This document shows, one piece after another, positions 25,860-34,928 of a stretch of DNA of 64,000 nt (its first letter is position 1; every line of letters begins with the position of its first letter). A model generated the notes under the pieces. The model saw nothing but the letters and a program-made list of their open reading frames with translations. It had not been told where the DNA came from and searched no databases. Location of the stretch: positions 69,928-133,927 of the forward strand of contig JAHFMN010000001.1 of the NCBI GenBank assembly GCA_023264445.1, written 5' to 3'. A program made the position numbers and the translations under genes. The stretch is from Candidatus Kaiserbacteria bacterium (lineage in GTDB: Bacteria > Patescibacteriota > Minisyncoccia > Phycocordibacterales > Phycocordibacteraceae).

Positions 25860-26648
25860 ATGGCTTCAAAATTCAGCCGCAGCGGCCCGTTTGACCCGTC
25901 TTCGCCAGAACCGTTTAAGGTAAGTCGTTCTAAAATAGATTTATTCTCTGAGTGCCAGCGATGCGCGTATCTGGATATGAAATTGGGGGTGAGACGCCCC
26001 TCGATGCCCGCCTTCACACTCAACAACGCGGTGGATGAACTCTTGAAGCGGGAGTTTGACATCCATCGTGCGAATGCCAGTAAGCATCCGCTCGTTGAGA
26101 AGTACGGTCTTGATGCCGTACCGCTTGATGATGAGCGGATGGAAGAGTGGCGTGACGCTTTGCGGCGCGGTATTGCGTACCTCCACGCGCCGACGAATAT
26201 CTTAGTGCGCGGTGGCATTGACGACGTATGGGTTAATCCAGAAGGGGAGTTCATCATCGTGGATTACAAGGCGACAAGTAAAAAGGTGGGACCAAGCACA
26301 GAGGACGATTTATACGATTCGTACAAGCGGCAGCTGGAGATTTATCAGTGGCTCTTTCGTCAGAATGGCTTCAAGGTCTCGCCGACGGTGTACTTTGTGT
26401 ACGTAAACGGGAAATCCGATGCAAAGGCGTTCGATGGAAAACTTGAATTCGATGTGGAGCTCATTCCATACACGGGAAGCGATGCGTGGGTCGAGCCCGC
26501 AATCTATGACCTGAAGGAGATGCTCATGAGCGACGATATACCGCCGGTCGGGAAGGCATTTGGCGGCGGCCCCTGCGACTACTGCACGTATCGTGAGAGT
26601 GCTGGTAAAATCCTTCTTGATTTGCATACCAAAAATAAAAAGAAATGA
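25860..26648 (+). CDS. PD-(D/E)XK nuclease with a Cas4/AddB-like four-cysteine Fe-S motif
   Basis: The N-terminus SKIDLFSECQRCAYLD is like Cas4 (S.S.L..Y..CPR..YL). Catalytic motifs VDYK and QLEIYQW are present, with a C-terminal CDYC. No cas neighbours and no CRISPR array. Confidence 0.6.
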   Translation: MASKFSRSGPFDPSSPEPFKVSRSKIDLFSECQRCAYLDMKLGVRRPSMPAFTLNNAVDELLKREFDIHRANASKHPLVEKYGLDAVPLDDERMEEWRDALRRGIAYLHAPTNILVRGGIDDVWVNPEGEFIIVDYKATSKKVGPSTEDDLYDSYKRQLEIYQWLFRQNGFKVSPTVYFVYVNGKSDAKAFDGKLEFDVELIPYTGSDAWVEPAIYDLKEMLMSDDIPPVGKAFGGGPCDYCTYRESAGKILLDLHTKNKKK

Positions 26649-26908
26649 GAAAGTCATTTGCCGATTACGTGCGAGACGCCGTGCGCCAGATTCCGAAAGG
26701 GCAGACCCGCACCTATGGCGAGGTTGCGAGAGTCATCGGCCATCCCGGCGCCGCGCGCGCCGTTGGTACCATCATGAAAAATAATTATGACCCCAGTGTG
26801 CCGTGTCATCGAGTCATCAAGAGCGATGGCACTATCGGTGATTACAATCGAGGCGGTTCTGCAAAAAAGCGCTCTCTTTTGAAAGCCGAGGGAGTGAGAG
26901 GAATATAG
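26645..26908 (+). CDS. ogt: minimal methylated-DNA--protein-cysteine methyltransferase (DNA-binding/active-site domain only)
   Basis: The PCHRVI active-site motif and a TYGEVA...HTH-like region. 87 aa. ATGA overlap with the upstream gene. Confidence 0.75.
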   Translation: MRKSFADYVRDAVRQIPKGQTRTYGEVARVIGHPGAARAVGTIMKNNYDPSVPCHRVIKSDGTIGDYNRGGSAKKRSLLKAEGVRGI

Positions 26909-26910
26909 CA

Positions 26911-27578
26911 ATGGAAGTGAAAATCGAGTCATCGTGGAAAGACAAATTGCATGTCGAATTTGAACAGGATTATTTTGCACAGCTCACGAGCTTTATAAAA
27001 AGGAATATCAAGAAGGGAAGGTGTACCCGGCGCCGAAGAATATCTTCCGCGCCTTCGACCTTTGTCCTTTTGGTAAGGTAAAAGTCGTTATTCTGGGACA
27101 AGACCCGTACCATGGGGCGCGACAGGCCAACGGTCTTTCATTCGCTGTTGATGCAAATGAAGTGGTTCCACCCTCGCTTAAAAATATATTTAAAGAGATA
27201 GGAAGCGACTTTGGCAAGCCGCTCGTGCATACCGACGGCGATCTCTCGCGTTGGGCGAAGCAGGGCGTCTTGCTCCTGAACGCGACGCTGACCGTGCGAG
27301 CCGGCGCTGCCGGCTCGCACCAGGAGAAGGGCTGGGAACAATTTACCGATGCCATTATCCGCGCGCTTTCCGAGGAACGCGGACATCTGGTCTTTATGCT
27401 CTGGGGCAATTACGCAAAGGCGAAGGGCGCGCACATCGACCGAAGCAAGCACCTCGTGCTTGAAGCGCCGCATCCATCGCCGTTTTCCGCCGCTTCCGGC
27501 TTCTTCGGCTGTAAACACTTCAGCAAGGCCAACGAGTACCTCATCGCCAATGGAGAGACACCAATAGACTGGTTGTAG
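26911..27578 (+). pseudogene. ung: uracil-DNA glycosylase (family 1) with a frameshift in an A5 run
   Basis: The N-terminal 29 codons (MEVKIESSWKDKLHVEFEQDYFAQLTSFI) are in one frame. The rest (EYQEGKVYPAPKNIF...VVILGQDPYHG...HPSPLSA) is in the +1 frame. The join is at AAAAA 26997-27001; one extra A would restore a ~222-aa Ung. Confidence 0.7.
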
Positions 27579-27585
27579 ACATTGT

Positions 27586-27597
27586 GATATAATATCG
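27586..27597 (+). promoter_or_regulatory. extended -10 promoter TGTGATATAAT
   Basis: TGnTATAAT-type element about 44 nt upstream of the 27641 ATG. Confidence 0.35.
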
Positions 27598-27640
27598 TCG
27601 GAACTTTTTCATCCTCTCCCTAATCTCTAGCGAGGAACAC

Positions 27641-27985
27641 ATGAATCAGATGCGCTTCATTGCTGTCTTCACGTTCGGTCTTGACCGCCCTATGACGGGA
27701 TTAATTCTTGCTAAGGCCGATAAGGGGACTTTGACTCATGCGGAGCTGGCCAAGTACTACAATCTAACGTCTGACACGCCGATGTACGCCGGGTATCTGA
27801 CCCTGGAATCTGGCAAAATCTTTACCTTCGGGGGAAGTCCTTCGCTCGGTATCTTCTTCGATGAGAAGAAGAATCGGAAGGTTGAGGAAGAAGTCGAGTC
27901 GTTCGCACGCCTCAGTAACGGAGCCCTCTTCCTCTCCGACAACTTCGCCCAGAGGAAGCTTGCGCACGTGATGCTGAACCGGTAG
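27641..27985 (+). CDS. hypothetical protein
   Basis: 114-aa ORF with a terminator downstream. No recognisable domain. Confidence 0.45.
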   Translation: MNQMRFIAVFTFGLDRPMTGLILAKADKGTLTHAELAKYYNLTSDTPMYAGYLTLESGKIFTFGGSPSLGIFFDEKKNRKVEEEVESFARLSNGALFLSDNFAQRKLAHVMLNR

Positions 27986-28004
27986 GGGACCGGATGCAAA
28001 TCCG

Positions 28005-28036
28005 CGGGACTCATCCCGCGGTATTTTTTATTCGCA
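28005..28036 (+). terminator. rho-independent terminator
   Basis: CCGCGGGA-CTCA-TCCCGCGG hairpin followed by TATTTTTTATT. Confidence 0.6.
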
Positions 28037-28056
28037 AACTGCGATATGCTGAAGAA

Positions 28057-28641
28057 ATGAATCATACGCCCCAGATAAAGAAGGCGATACAGTTTGCGGC
28101 GCGCAAGCATCACGGCCATTTGCGAGTTTCAAACATGGAGGGACCCTTGCCGTATGTCACTCACCTCTTCTCGGTTGCACTTCTGGTGGCCGAGGATGGC
28201 GCGCATGACGATGTCGTCACCGCCGCACTTCTCCATGACACCATAGAAGACACCGGCACTACGCGGGAGGAAATTGCAGGAACTTTTAACGAAGGCGTCG
28301 CAACGCTTGTGGAATCAGTGAGCGAGACAAAAGAGAAAGATGGCGAGAAGATTGAATGGAGAGAATATAAGGAGAATTATATTGCTCGTATGGAACATAT
28401 GAGCGCTGATGCGCTTCTCATCGCTATTGCTGATAAGGTAGATAATGTTGAAAGCTGGATAGAGGAATACGGGAAAGAAGGGGCGGCATTTCTAAAACGA
28501 TGGAAGCAGCCAGCAGAATCATATCTCTGGTTCTACGGCGAGGCGCTCCGTGTCGCGCAGGCACGCCTGCCTGAACATCCGCTCACGCAGCGTTACGCAG
28601 AGGCTTACCAGATTTTCGCACGGTCTTTCGGTTCCCGATAA
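28057..28641 (+). CDS. RelA/SpoT-family HD-domain (p)ppGpp hydrolase (small alarmone hydrolase)
   Basis: The RelA/SpoT hydrolase signature KKAIQFAARKHHGHLRVSNMEGPLPYVTHLFSVALLVAEDGAHDDVVTAALLHDTIEDT. The start is at the ATG after the terminator; the ORF-track start at 27994 overlaps the hairpin. Confidence 0.75.
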   Translation: MNHTPQIKKAIQFAARKHHGHLRVSNMEGPLPYVTHLFSVALLVAEDGAHDDVVTAALLHDTIEDTGTTREEIAGTFNEGVATLVESVSETKEKDGEKIEWREYKENYIARMEHMSADALLIAIADKVDNVESWIEEYGKEGAAFLKRWKQPAESYLWFYGEALRVAQARLPEHPLTQRYAEAYQIFARSFGSR

Positions 28642-30563
28642 AGATTGTCGCCTTTCCGTACACCGAAAGCAGCATAGAATTCAGGAAGATTTGAGAGCGG
28701 GCCGTTCACGCGAAAACGGGATGGAGAATGCGGGTCGGTCATGACCATGGTCTTACGGTACTCTGGCCGTTCCTGCTCTCGTTCGGTTGCTGCGTACCCA
28801 AGGAAGAAACGTTGCTCGGGTGTGAAGCCGCCCTTATCTTGCCGGCCAGTTTCAGCAAGGCGTAGCTGGTACGCATCAAAGGCGATGGAGATGCCGCCGA
28901 GGTCGGCAATATTCTCTCCGAGCGTCAGCTTGCCATTGACGTTCATCCCGGGCGCAACGCTGTATCCATTGAATTCTTCGACAAGTCGTTTCGCTTTTTG
29001 GTCAAAACGCTTACGGTCGGCTTTCGTCCACCAGGTCTTCCGATTGCCTTTACCGTCAAACTTGCAGCCCTGGTCGTCAAATCCATGCGTTATCTCGTGG
29101 CCGATGACCGAACCGATGGCGCCGTAATTGAAAGCATCATCAGCGGTCGCGTCAAAAAACGGATGCTGGAGGATGGCGGCAGGGAAGACGATATCGTTCA
29201 AGCCGAAACTACAATACGCATTCACTGTCTGCGGGCTCATGAACCATTCTTTGCGGTCAACTGGTTTCGCGAGCCGGCGCGTCGCACGACGGTGCTCATA
29301 TTCGCCGGCACGCATCGCATTCCCCGCATAATCGTCGGCGAGGATGCGGAGTCCGCGATACGTTTTCCAGCGGTCAGGATATCCGAGCTTCCGATTCATC
29401 TCGTGGAGCTTCCGTACGGCTTTCTTCTTAGTCGGAGTGCTCATCCAATCAAGATTCTTGATGCGCGCCTCGTATGCGCGGAAAAGGTCGGCGACCACCA
29501 TGACCACCTTCTGTTTCGCTTCCGGCGGGAAATACTCCTCCACGTACAGCTCTCCCAAGAGCTCGCTCAATCCTCTATTCACTACCCGCAGGATGCGTCG
29601 CCAGAGCGGTTGCATGTGCTTCGTACCGGTAAGCACGGTGCCGTAGAAAGCGAAGTTCTCTTTTTCCAGTTCGGGCGTGAGGAAAGAGGCAAAATCTCCG
29701 ATGGCATGTGTACGCAGGTAGGTTTTCCACGATTCAATAGGGAACCGGGCGAGTATCCGGTCTGCGGCTGCGAAAAAGTCAGGTTGCATCACCACGACCT
29801 CTCGCGGCTCTGTACCGAGTATCTTGAAATAATTCTTCCAAGGTATTCGCGGCGCTATCGCCTGCAGCTGTGCAAGCGTTTTTTTATGATACGTCTTGTC
29901 TACGTCGCGCAGGTCTTCTTTCTTCATTGAAACTTTTGCGATTGCGGTCTCTATTTCAAGCACGACTTCCGCTTCTTGCCGTGCTTCCTTGCGGCGGCCG
30001 GCGAGTTCCAAGAGCCGCACAAGGTGCATCTGGTAGGCCCTTCGCACCCGCTTCAATTCGGTCTCGTCTTTCAGATAGTAATCGCGATCCGGCATGCCGA
30101 GGCCTCCTTGGCCGAGGTAGACGATGTAGCGTTCGCTGTTTTTCATATCCTGGTCGATGCCCATGCCCCAGATGCCGCCCGAACCGAGGCGCTCAAGGTG
30201 AGCGATGACGCTCACGACGTCGTCCTGATTCCGTATCGCATCAATGCGCTTCAGGAGCGGCGCAAGCGGTGTAAGGCCGAGCGCGCGGCGGCCCTCCATA
30301 TCCATACCGGAGCGATAGAAGTCCCGTATCATTTGCTCGGCACCCCCGGTCTTCGTGCGTTTCTTCCCAACAACCTTTTTCAAGAGCGACTGGAGCTGGG
30401 TATCGGTGGCATGGCGCAATACCGTAAACGAGCCCCATCGTGCCTCGGCTTTCGGTATCGGATTCCGCTTCATCCACCCGCCGCTTGCGTAGTGAAAGAA
30501 ATCGTCTTGCGGTCGGACCGCTGCATCCATGTCCCGTACATCAAATCCCCAGTCTTTTTTCAT
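28605..30563 (-). CDS. pepO: M13-family zinc metallopeptidase (PepO/neprilysin-like)
   Basis: HEITHGFD zinc motif, GENIADLGG, and the C-terminal neprilysin fold. No signal peptide. Confidence 0.88.
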   Translation of the reverse strand: MKKDWGFDVRDMDAAVRPQDDFFHYASGGWMKRNPIPKAEARWGSFTVLRHATDTQLQSLLKKVVGKKRTKTGGAEQMIRDFYRSGMDMEGRRALGLTPLAPLLKRIDAIRNQDDVVSVIAHLERLGSGGIWGMGIDQDMKNSERYIVYLGQGGLGMPDRDYYLKDETELKRVRRAYQMHLVRLLELAGRRKEARQEAEVVLEIETAIAKVSMKKEDLRDVDKTYHKKTLAQLQAIAPRIPWKNYFKILGTEPREVVVMQPDFFAAADRILARFPIESWKTYLRTHAIGDFASFLTPELEKENFAFYGTVLTGTKHMQPLWRRILRVVNRGLSELLGELYVEEYFPPEAKQKVVMVVADLFRAYEARIKNLDWMSTPTKKKAVRKLHEMNRKLGYPDRWKTYRGLRILADDYAGNAMRAGEYEHRRATRRLAKPVDRKEWFMSPQTVNAYCSFGLNDIVFPAAILQHPFFDATADDAFNYGAIGSVIGHEITHGFDDQGCKFDGKGNRKTWWTKADRKRFDQKAKRLVEEFNGYSVAPGMNVNGKLTLGENIADLGGISIAFDAYQLRLAETGRQDKGGFTPEQRFFLGYAATEREQERPEYRKTMVMTDPHSPSRFRVNGPLSNLPEFYAAFGVRKGDNLYREPKDRAKIW

Positions 30564-30770
30564 GTGGGCATACTATAACCTAGAACCTTCTTTTACAAAG
30601 ATTGCCATACAGATTTTCATACAGTAATGACTATAGAATTTGCATGTCGTAATTTTTGACCTATAGGTTCAAAATTGCGACATCAAGAACTTTAGATATA
30701 AAAGTGGGCGATAATTATGACGGCACGACAATGTGCATGAAGACGTTGGTTTGTGCTATCTTTTTGACAT

Positions 30771-32561
30771 ATGACTGTCAGCGATGTGCGCAAAGGCTAT
30801 CTAGATTTCTTTGCCAAGCGGGGACACGCCATCATCCCCTCGGCGCCTATCGTGCCGGAGAACGACCCGACGACGCTCTTTACGAGTAGCGGAATGCAGC
30901 CCCTTGTACCGTACCTCCTCGGCGAACCGCATCCGGAGGGAAGCCGACTCGTTAACTCCCAGCTCTCATTCCGTGCCGGCGATATTGAGGAGGTGGGCGA
31001 CAACCGTCATACCACCTTCTTTGAGATGCTCGGCAACTGGTCACTCGGGGATTATTTCAAAAAAGAGCAATTGCCATGGGTCTACGAATTCTTAACTACA
31101 GAACTCAAGCTTCCCAAGGAACGGCTTTGGGTTACGTGCTTTGCCGGTGACGAGTCGCTTGATCTGCCTAAGGACACTGAATCAGCAGGAATCTGGAAAT
31201 CCATAGGCGTGCCGGAAGACAGAATCCTTTTTTACGATGCAAAGAAGAATTGGTGGAGCCGCTCTGGCACGCCGGAGAAGATGCCGGCAGGAGAGCCGGG
31301 CGGTCCTGATTCGGAAATCTTTTTTGATTTCCAGACGCCGCACGACAAAGCGTTTGGCGAGGAGTGCCATCCGAACTGCGACTGCGGGCGCTTCATGGAA
31401 ATCGGCAACTCGGTCTTTATGGAGTATGTAAAAAATGCCGACGGCACCTTCGGCAAGCTCCCGAAGCAGAATGTGGATTTCGGCGGCGGCCTCGAGCGCC
31501 TCGCTGCCGCCGTGCGCGATAATCCCGATATCTTTTTGATTGATGTATTTAACGCGGCACATACCGTGCTCGAGAAACGCTCGGGGAAAACATATGCGGA
31601 CGCGACGCGTTCATTCCGCATCATCCTCGACCACATGCGTGCGGCATCATTTTTTATCGCCTCTGGTATCCGGCCGGGTAATAGCGAACAGGGATATGTG
31701 CTTCGTCGTCTTATCCGCCGATCCATCCGCGAAGCGGACAAGCTTGGCATCAAGGAAGCCGTACTTGCAGAAGTGGCGGAAGATTTCGGTGCGGCATATG
31801 CGGGAGCATACCCATTCCTGAAAGAAGCGGCCCAGAGCATTCGCGAAGAGCTTGATAAGGAAGAAGCGCAATTCAGGAAGACGCTTGCGCACGGGATGCA
31901 TGAGCTCGAGAAGATGGGGGCAAACATCGATGCATTCATGCTCTTCACCACCTACGGTTTCCCGGTTGAGCTCACCGAAGAAATTGCAAAGGAGCGAGGC
32001 ATCGTTCTCGATGTGGAGGCGGTGCAGGGGAAGATGAAAGAACATCAGGCGCTCTCGCGGGCGGGCGCGGCGCAGAAGTTTGCCGGTGGGCTCGCCGATC
32101 ATGCGGAACAAACAATTCGCTACCACACCGCGCACCACATCCTCCTCAAAGCGCTCCAGATGGTGCTCGGGAAGGATGTCCATCAGCGCGGGAGCAACAT
32201 CACGAGCGAGCGGCTTCGCATCGACTTCTCCTATGGGCAGAAGGTGGCGCTCGAACAGCTTCGGGAGGTGGAAAGGATAGTAAATGAGAAAATATCTGAA
32301 GCGATTCCTGTCGTCCGCACGGATATGAAAAAAGAAGAGGCAGAGAAGCTCGGTGCCGAACATGAATTCGGCGCGACGTATCCCGATATGGTGTCGGTCT
32401 ATTCAGTTGGTTCGCTCGACAGCGCATTTTCAGTAGAGTTCTGCGGCGGCCCGCACGTACAGAACACACGCGAGCTTGGCGAAGGAGGGAAGACATTCAA
32501 GATTATCAAGGAAGAAGCATCTTCCGCAGGCGTTCGCCGCATCAAGGCAGTGTTAGAATAA
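30771..32561 (+). CDS. alaS: alanyl-tRNA synthetase, short form (catalytic plus editing domains, no C-Ala domain)
   Basis: FTSSGMQPL, TFFEMLGNWSLGDYFK, the editing HTAHHIL (HxxxH) and CGGPHV. 596 aa. Confidence 0.88.
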   Translation: MTVSDVRKGYLDFFAKRGHAIIPSAPIVPENDPTTLFTSSGMQPLVPYLLGEPHPEGSRLVNSQLSFRAGDIEEVGDNRHTTFFEMLGNWSLGDYFKKEQLPWVYEFLTTELKLPKERLWVTCFAGDESLDLPKDTESAGIWKSIGVPEDRILFYDAKKNWWSRSGTPEKMPAGEPGGPDSEIFFDFQTPHDKAFGEECHPNCDCGRFMEIGNSVFMEYVKNADGTFGKLPKQNVDFGGGLERLAAAVRDNPDIFLIDVFNAAHTVLEKRSGKTYADATRSFRIILDHMRAASFFIASGIRPGNSEQGYVLRRLIRRSIREADKLGIKEAVLAEVAEDFGAAYAGAYPFLKEAAQSIREELDKEEAQFRKTLAHGMHELEKMGANIDAFMLFTTYGFPVELTEEIAKERGIVLDVEAVQGKMKEHQALSRAGAAQKFAGGLADHAEQTIRYHTAHHILLKALQMVLGKDVHQRGSNITSERLRIDFSYGQKVALEQLREVERIVNEKISEAIPVVRTDMKKEEAEKLGAEHEFGATYPDMVSVYSVGSLDSAFSVEFCGGPHVQNTRELGEGGKTFKIIKEEASSAGVRRIKAVLE

Positions 32562-32565
32562 TTGG

Positions 32566-33612
32566 ATGGGTCTCTTCGGCCGTCTTTTCAATACAAAACG
32601 AGTAGCATCGGCAGTACTCATTGATATCGCTGCAGATTCAGTAGCAGGCGCGTATGCAACGTATCCTTCCGGCGAATTGCCTGTGGTGCTCTATGCACAA
32701 CGCATTCCGATTGAAATAGGGAAGGGGGAGCTGCATCAGAAGGCGCTTGTGCGCGCGCTCCAGACGCTTGGCGAAGTCCTTATCCGCGAAGGCGCTCCGC
32801 TACTTGCACGCGCAACAGGCAACGGCGCAAGCGATACTATCCTCGTCTCGATCGAAGCTCCTTGGCAGAAGACTACGGTGAGAACTGAATTCTTTGCGCA
32901 AAAAGAGCCATTCATCTTCAGCAAACATCTCGTCACTGCTGCTCTGAAGAAGACAAGCGCAGCACCGCCCGGGCAGCTTCTGGTAGACGAAAGCATCATC
33001 GGCACGGTCTTAAATGGATATGAGACCCGTGATCCGTACGGCAAGAAGGTAACTCGAGCGTCGATAGTCATTCTGACCTCCTTCCTCGACGAGGAGATTG
33101 GAGAAAGTATATTCGCGACACTACGCAGTCTCTATCACACCAAACATATCGTTTCCATTGCCGGTACCTCATTACGGTACCAAGCGATGCGGGACACCTT
33201 CCCCCACGAGAGTGATGCCTTCATCCTGGATGTTTCGGGACCGCTGACATCGCTTTCACTCATCCGCAGAGGGCTTCTCGTGGATGTCGTCGAAGCGGCG
33301 AATCCGCTTTCCGATACTGCGCAGTGGCTGCAGAACGTGATGAAAGAATTTGCCGGCATTGCCGCGCGATTCCCGCTGCCGCGCACCATCTTCCTCGTCG
33401 CGCGCGAAAGCGACCTAGTGCCTCTGCGCAAAGCGCTTGATGGAGCACAGTTCGATACACTCTGGCTCTCGGATAATCCGCCGAAGATAGTTTCAGTACT
33501 CGGGAGCCACATTGCCGGACTCGTACGGAATGATGCAGCAGCCCCTCCAGATGTCCCACTCCTTTTTATGGCGTTCTTCCACCAGCATCATCCTCGCGAG
33601 GAAAGCGTGTAA
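32566..33612 (+). CDS. actin-fold ATPase-like protein (PilM/FtsA-like), hypothetical
   Basis: N-terminal AVLIDIAADSVAGAY and a later FILDVSGPLTSLSLIRRG resemble the phosphate-binding loops of PilM/FtsA. Weak evidence. Confidence 0.4.
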   Translation: MGLFGRLFNTKRVASAVLIDIAADSVAGAYATYPSGELPVVLYAQRIPIEIGKGELHQKALVRALQTLGEVLIREGAPLLARATGNGASDTILVSIEAPWQKTTVRTEFFAQKEPFIFSKHLVTAALKKTSAAPPGQLLVDESIIGTVLNGYETRDPYGKKVTRASIVILTSFLDEEIGESIFATLRSLYHTKHIVSIAGTSLRYQAMRDTFPHESDAFILDVSGPLTSLSLIRRGLLVDVVEAANPLSDTAQWLQNVMKEFAGIAARFPLPRTIFLVARESDLVPLRKALDGAQFDTLWLSDNPPKIVSVLGSHIAGLVRNDAAAPPDVPLLFMAFFHQHHPREESV

Positions 33613-33662
33613 TGCACAGCTCGTGCAGAGGGGTTGCCCTGTGGAGGTGATATACTCTGCCC

Positions 33663-34871
33663 ATGCGTACACTTGATGACATCATTCCACCTTCTCGCCG
33701 TAAGGAAACAGAAGCACCTGGTAGACCGGTAAGCCGAGACCCCGGATCCGGCGGGCGACCGCGATTTTCCTTTACGACCCTCATTGCAATCGTGGCGGTC
33801 ATCGCCATTTCAATAGGAGCCCTATTTTATTTCTCGAGCGCTAAGGTGGAGGTGACGCCAAATACCGTTTCCACCGCAGTCTCTGGCTCGTTCGCTGCGA
33901 ACCATAGCTCTGCCGATCTGTCGTATCAAGTCATTACTGCACAGAAAATCGCTTCGCAAAGCGTCAAAAGCAGCGGTGTAAAGACGGTAAACTCCTCTGC
34001 TTCAGGAACGCTTACTATCTACAACACCCAGTCAAAGTCGCAGACGCTCATCGCAAACACTCGTTTCGCCACAACTGCCGGACTCATATTCCGCATCCAT
34101 ACCGCAATAACTATTCCAGCCGGTAGTACTGCGAAACCCGGCAGCATAACGGCAAAGGTGTACGCCGATAAACCCGGTGATTCCTACAATGTCGACCCCA
34201 CCTCTTTCACCATCCCTGGATTTGCCGGAACACCGCAGGCGACCCAGGTATACGCGCGTTCAACCACAGCAATGGCCGGTGGTGCTTCGGGGAGCATACC
34301 AGTCGTAGACGCAGCGATTGAGAAGGAGGCACGGAGCGCCCTTGACGCCGCCCTCGCTCCGGATCTTGCGGCAAGCATCAAGGCTCAGATCCCTGAAGGT
34401 TATGTACTTTTGCCCGGCGCTACGATTACCTCCTATGAGGAGCTGACCCCTGTCCCCTCAACCACGACCGGCATGGCCGAAGTGAAGGAGCAAGGTACCA
34501 TCACCGCGGTGGTATTTCCGAACGCCGCCCTTGCCGAAGCGATTGCAGCATCGGTCGGTGGGCTCGGTTATCAGGGGGAGCCGCTGACATTCGCATCTAC
34601 TGATGCACTTCTCCTTGCCGCCCCGGGAGGGATGCCCGCCCAAGACGCTGCTTCCTTCTCCTTTACCTTGAGCGGTACGGCATCCCTCATCTACACCGTT
34701 GATCCGGCCCGCATCGCCGCAGCAGTAAGTGGAAAGACCCGCCCGGAGGCAGAGACCGCGCTCTCCAACTATCCAGAAGTCAAGCGTGCCGTCATCGTAC
34801 TCCGGCCTTTCTGGAGGCAGTCATTCCCCCAGGACCCCGCCTCTATCTCGGTCGTGATAGCCAAACCGTAG
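33663..34871 (+). CDS. membrane-anchored Ser/Thr/Ala-rich exported protein
   Basis: A charged N-terminus, one TM helix, then a ~340-aa low-complexity T/S/A-rich domain. TGATATACT extended -10 upstream. Confidence 0.5.
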   Translation: MRTLDDIIPPSRRKETEAPGRPVSRDPGSGGRPRFSFTTLIAIVAVIAISIGALFYFSSAKVEVTPNTVSTAVSGSFAANHSSADLSYQVITAQKIASQSVKSSGVKTVNSSASGTLTIYNTQSKSQTLIANTRFATTAGLIFRIHTAITIPAGSTAKPGSITAKVYADKPGDSYNVDPTSFTIPGFAGTPQATQVYARSTTAMAGGASGSIPVVDAAIEKEARSALDAALAPDLAASIKAQIPEGYVLLPGATITSYEELTPVPSTTTGMAEVKEQGTITAVVFPNAALAEAIAASVGGLGYQGEPLTFASTDALLLAAPGGMPAQDAASFSFTLSGTASLIYTVDPARIAAAVSGKTRPEAETALSNYPEVKRAVIVLRPFWRQSFPQDPASISVVIAKP

Positions 34872-34877
34872 TCCCGG

Positions 34878-34906
34878 TTGACGATTTTCCAGACTCCTGC
34901 TAGATT
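34878..34906 (+). promoter_or_regulatory. sigma70-like promoter TTGACG-N17-TAGATT for the infA-ribosomal operon
   Basis: -35 and -10 boxes with 17-nt spacing, about 22 nt upstream of the infA ATG. Confidence 0.35.
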
Positions 34907-34928
34907 AGTAAGGTACTTGCATGACGGA

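Noticed and set aside
25860-26648. CRISPR-Cas locus inferred from the Cas4-like nuclease
   Set aside because: There are no direct-repeat arrays anywhere in the window and no cas1, cas2 or effector genes nearby. Stand-alone Cas4/RecB-like PD-(D/E)XK nucleases are common.
30564-30770. Inverted repeat AACCTAGAACC / GAACCTATAGGTC in the pepO-alaS divergent region as an operator
   Set aside because: The match is imperfect and short. It is more simply part of an AT-rich divergent promoter region. Only a weak TGcTATCTT -10-like element near alaS was noted.
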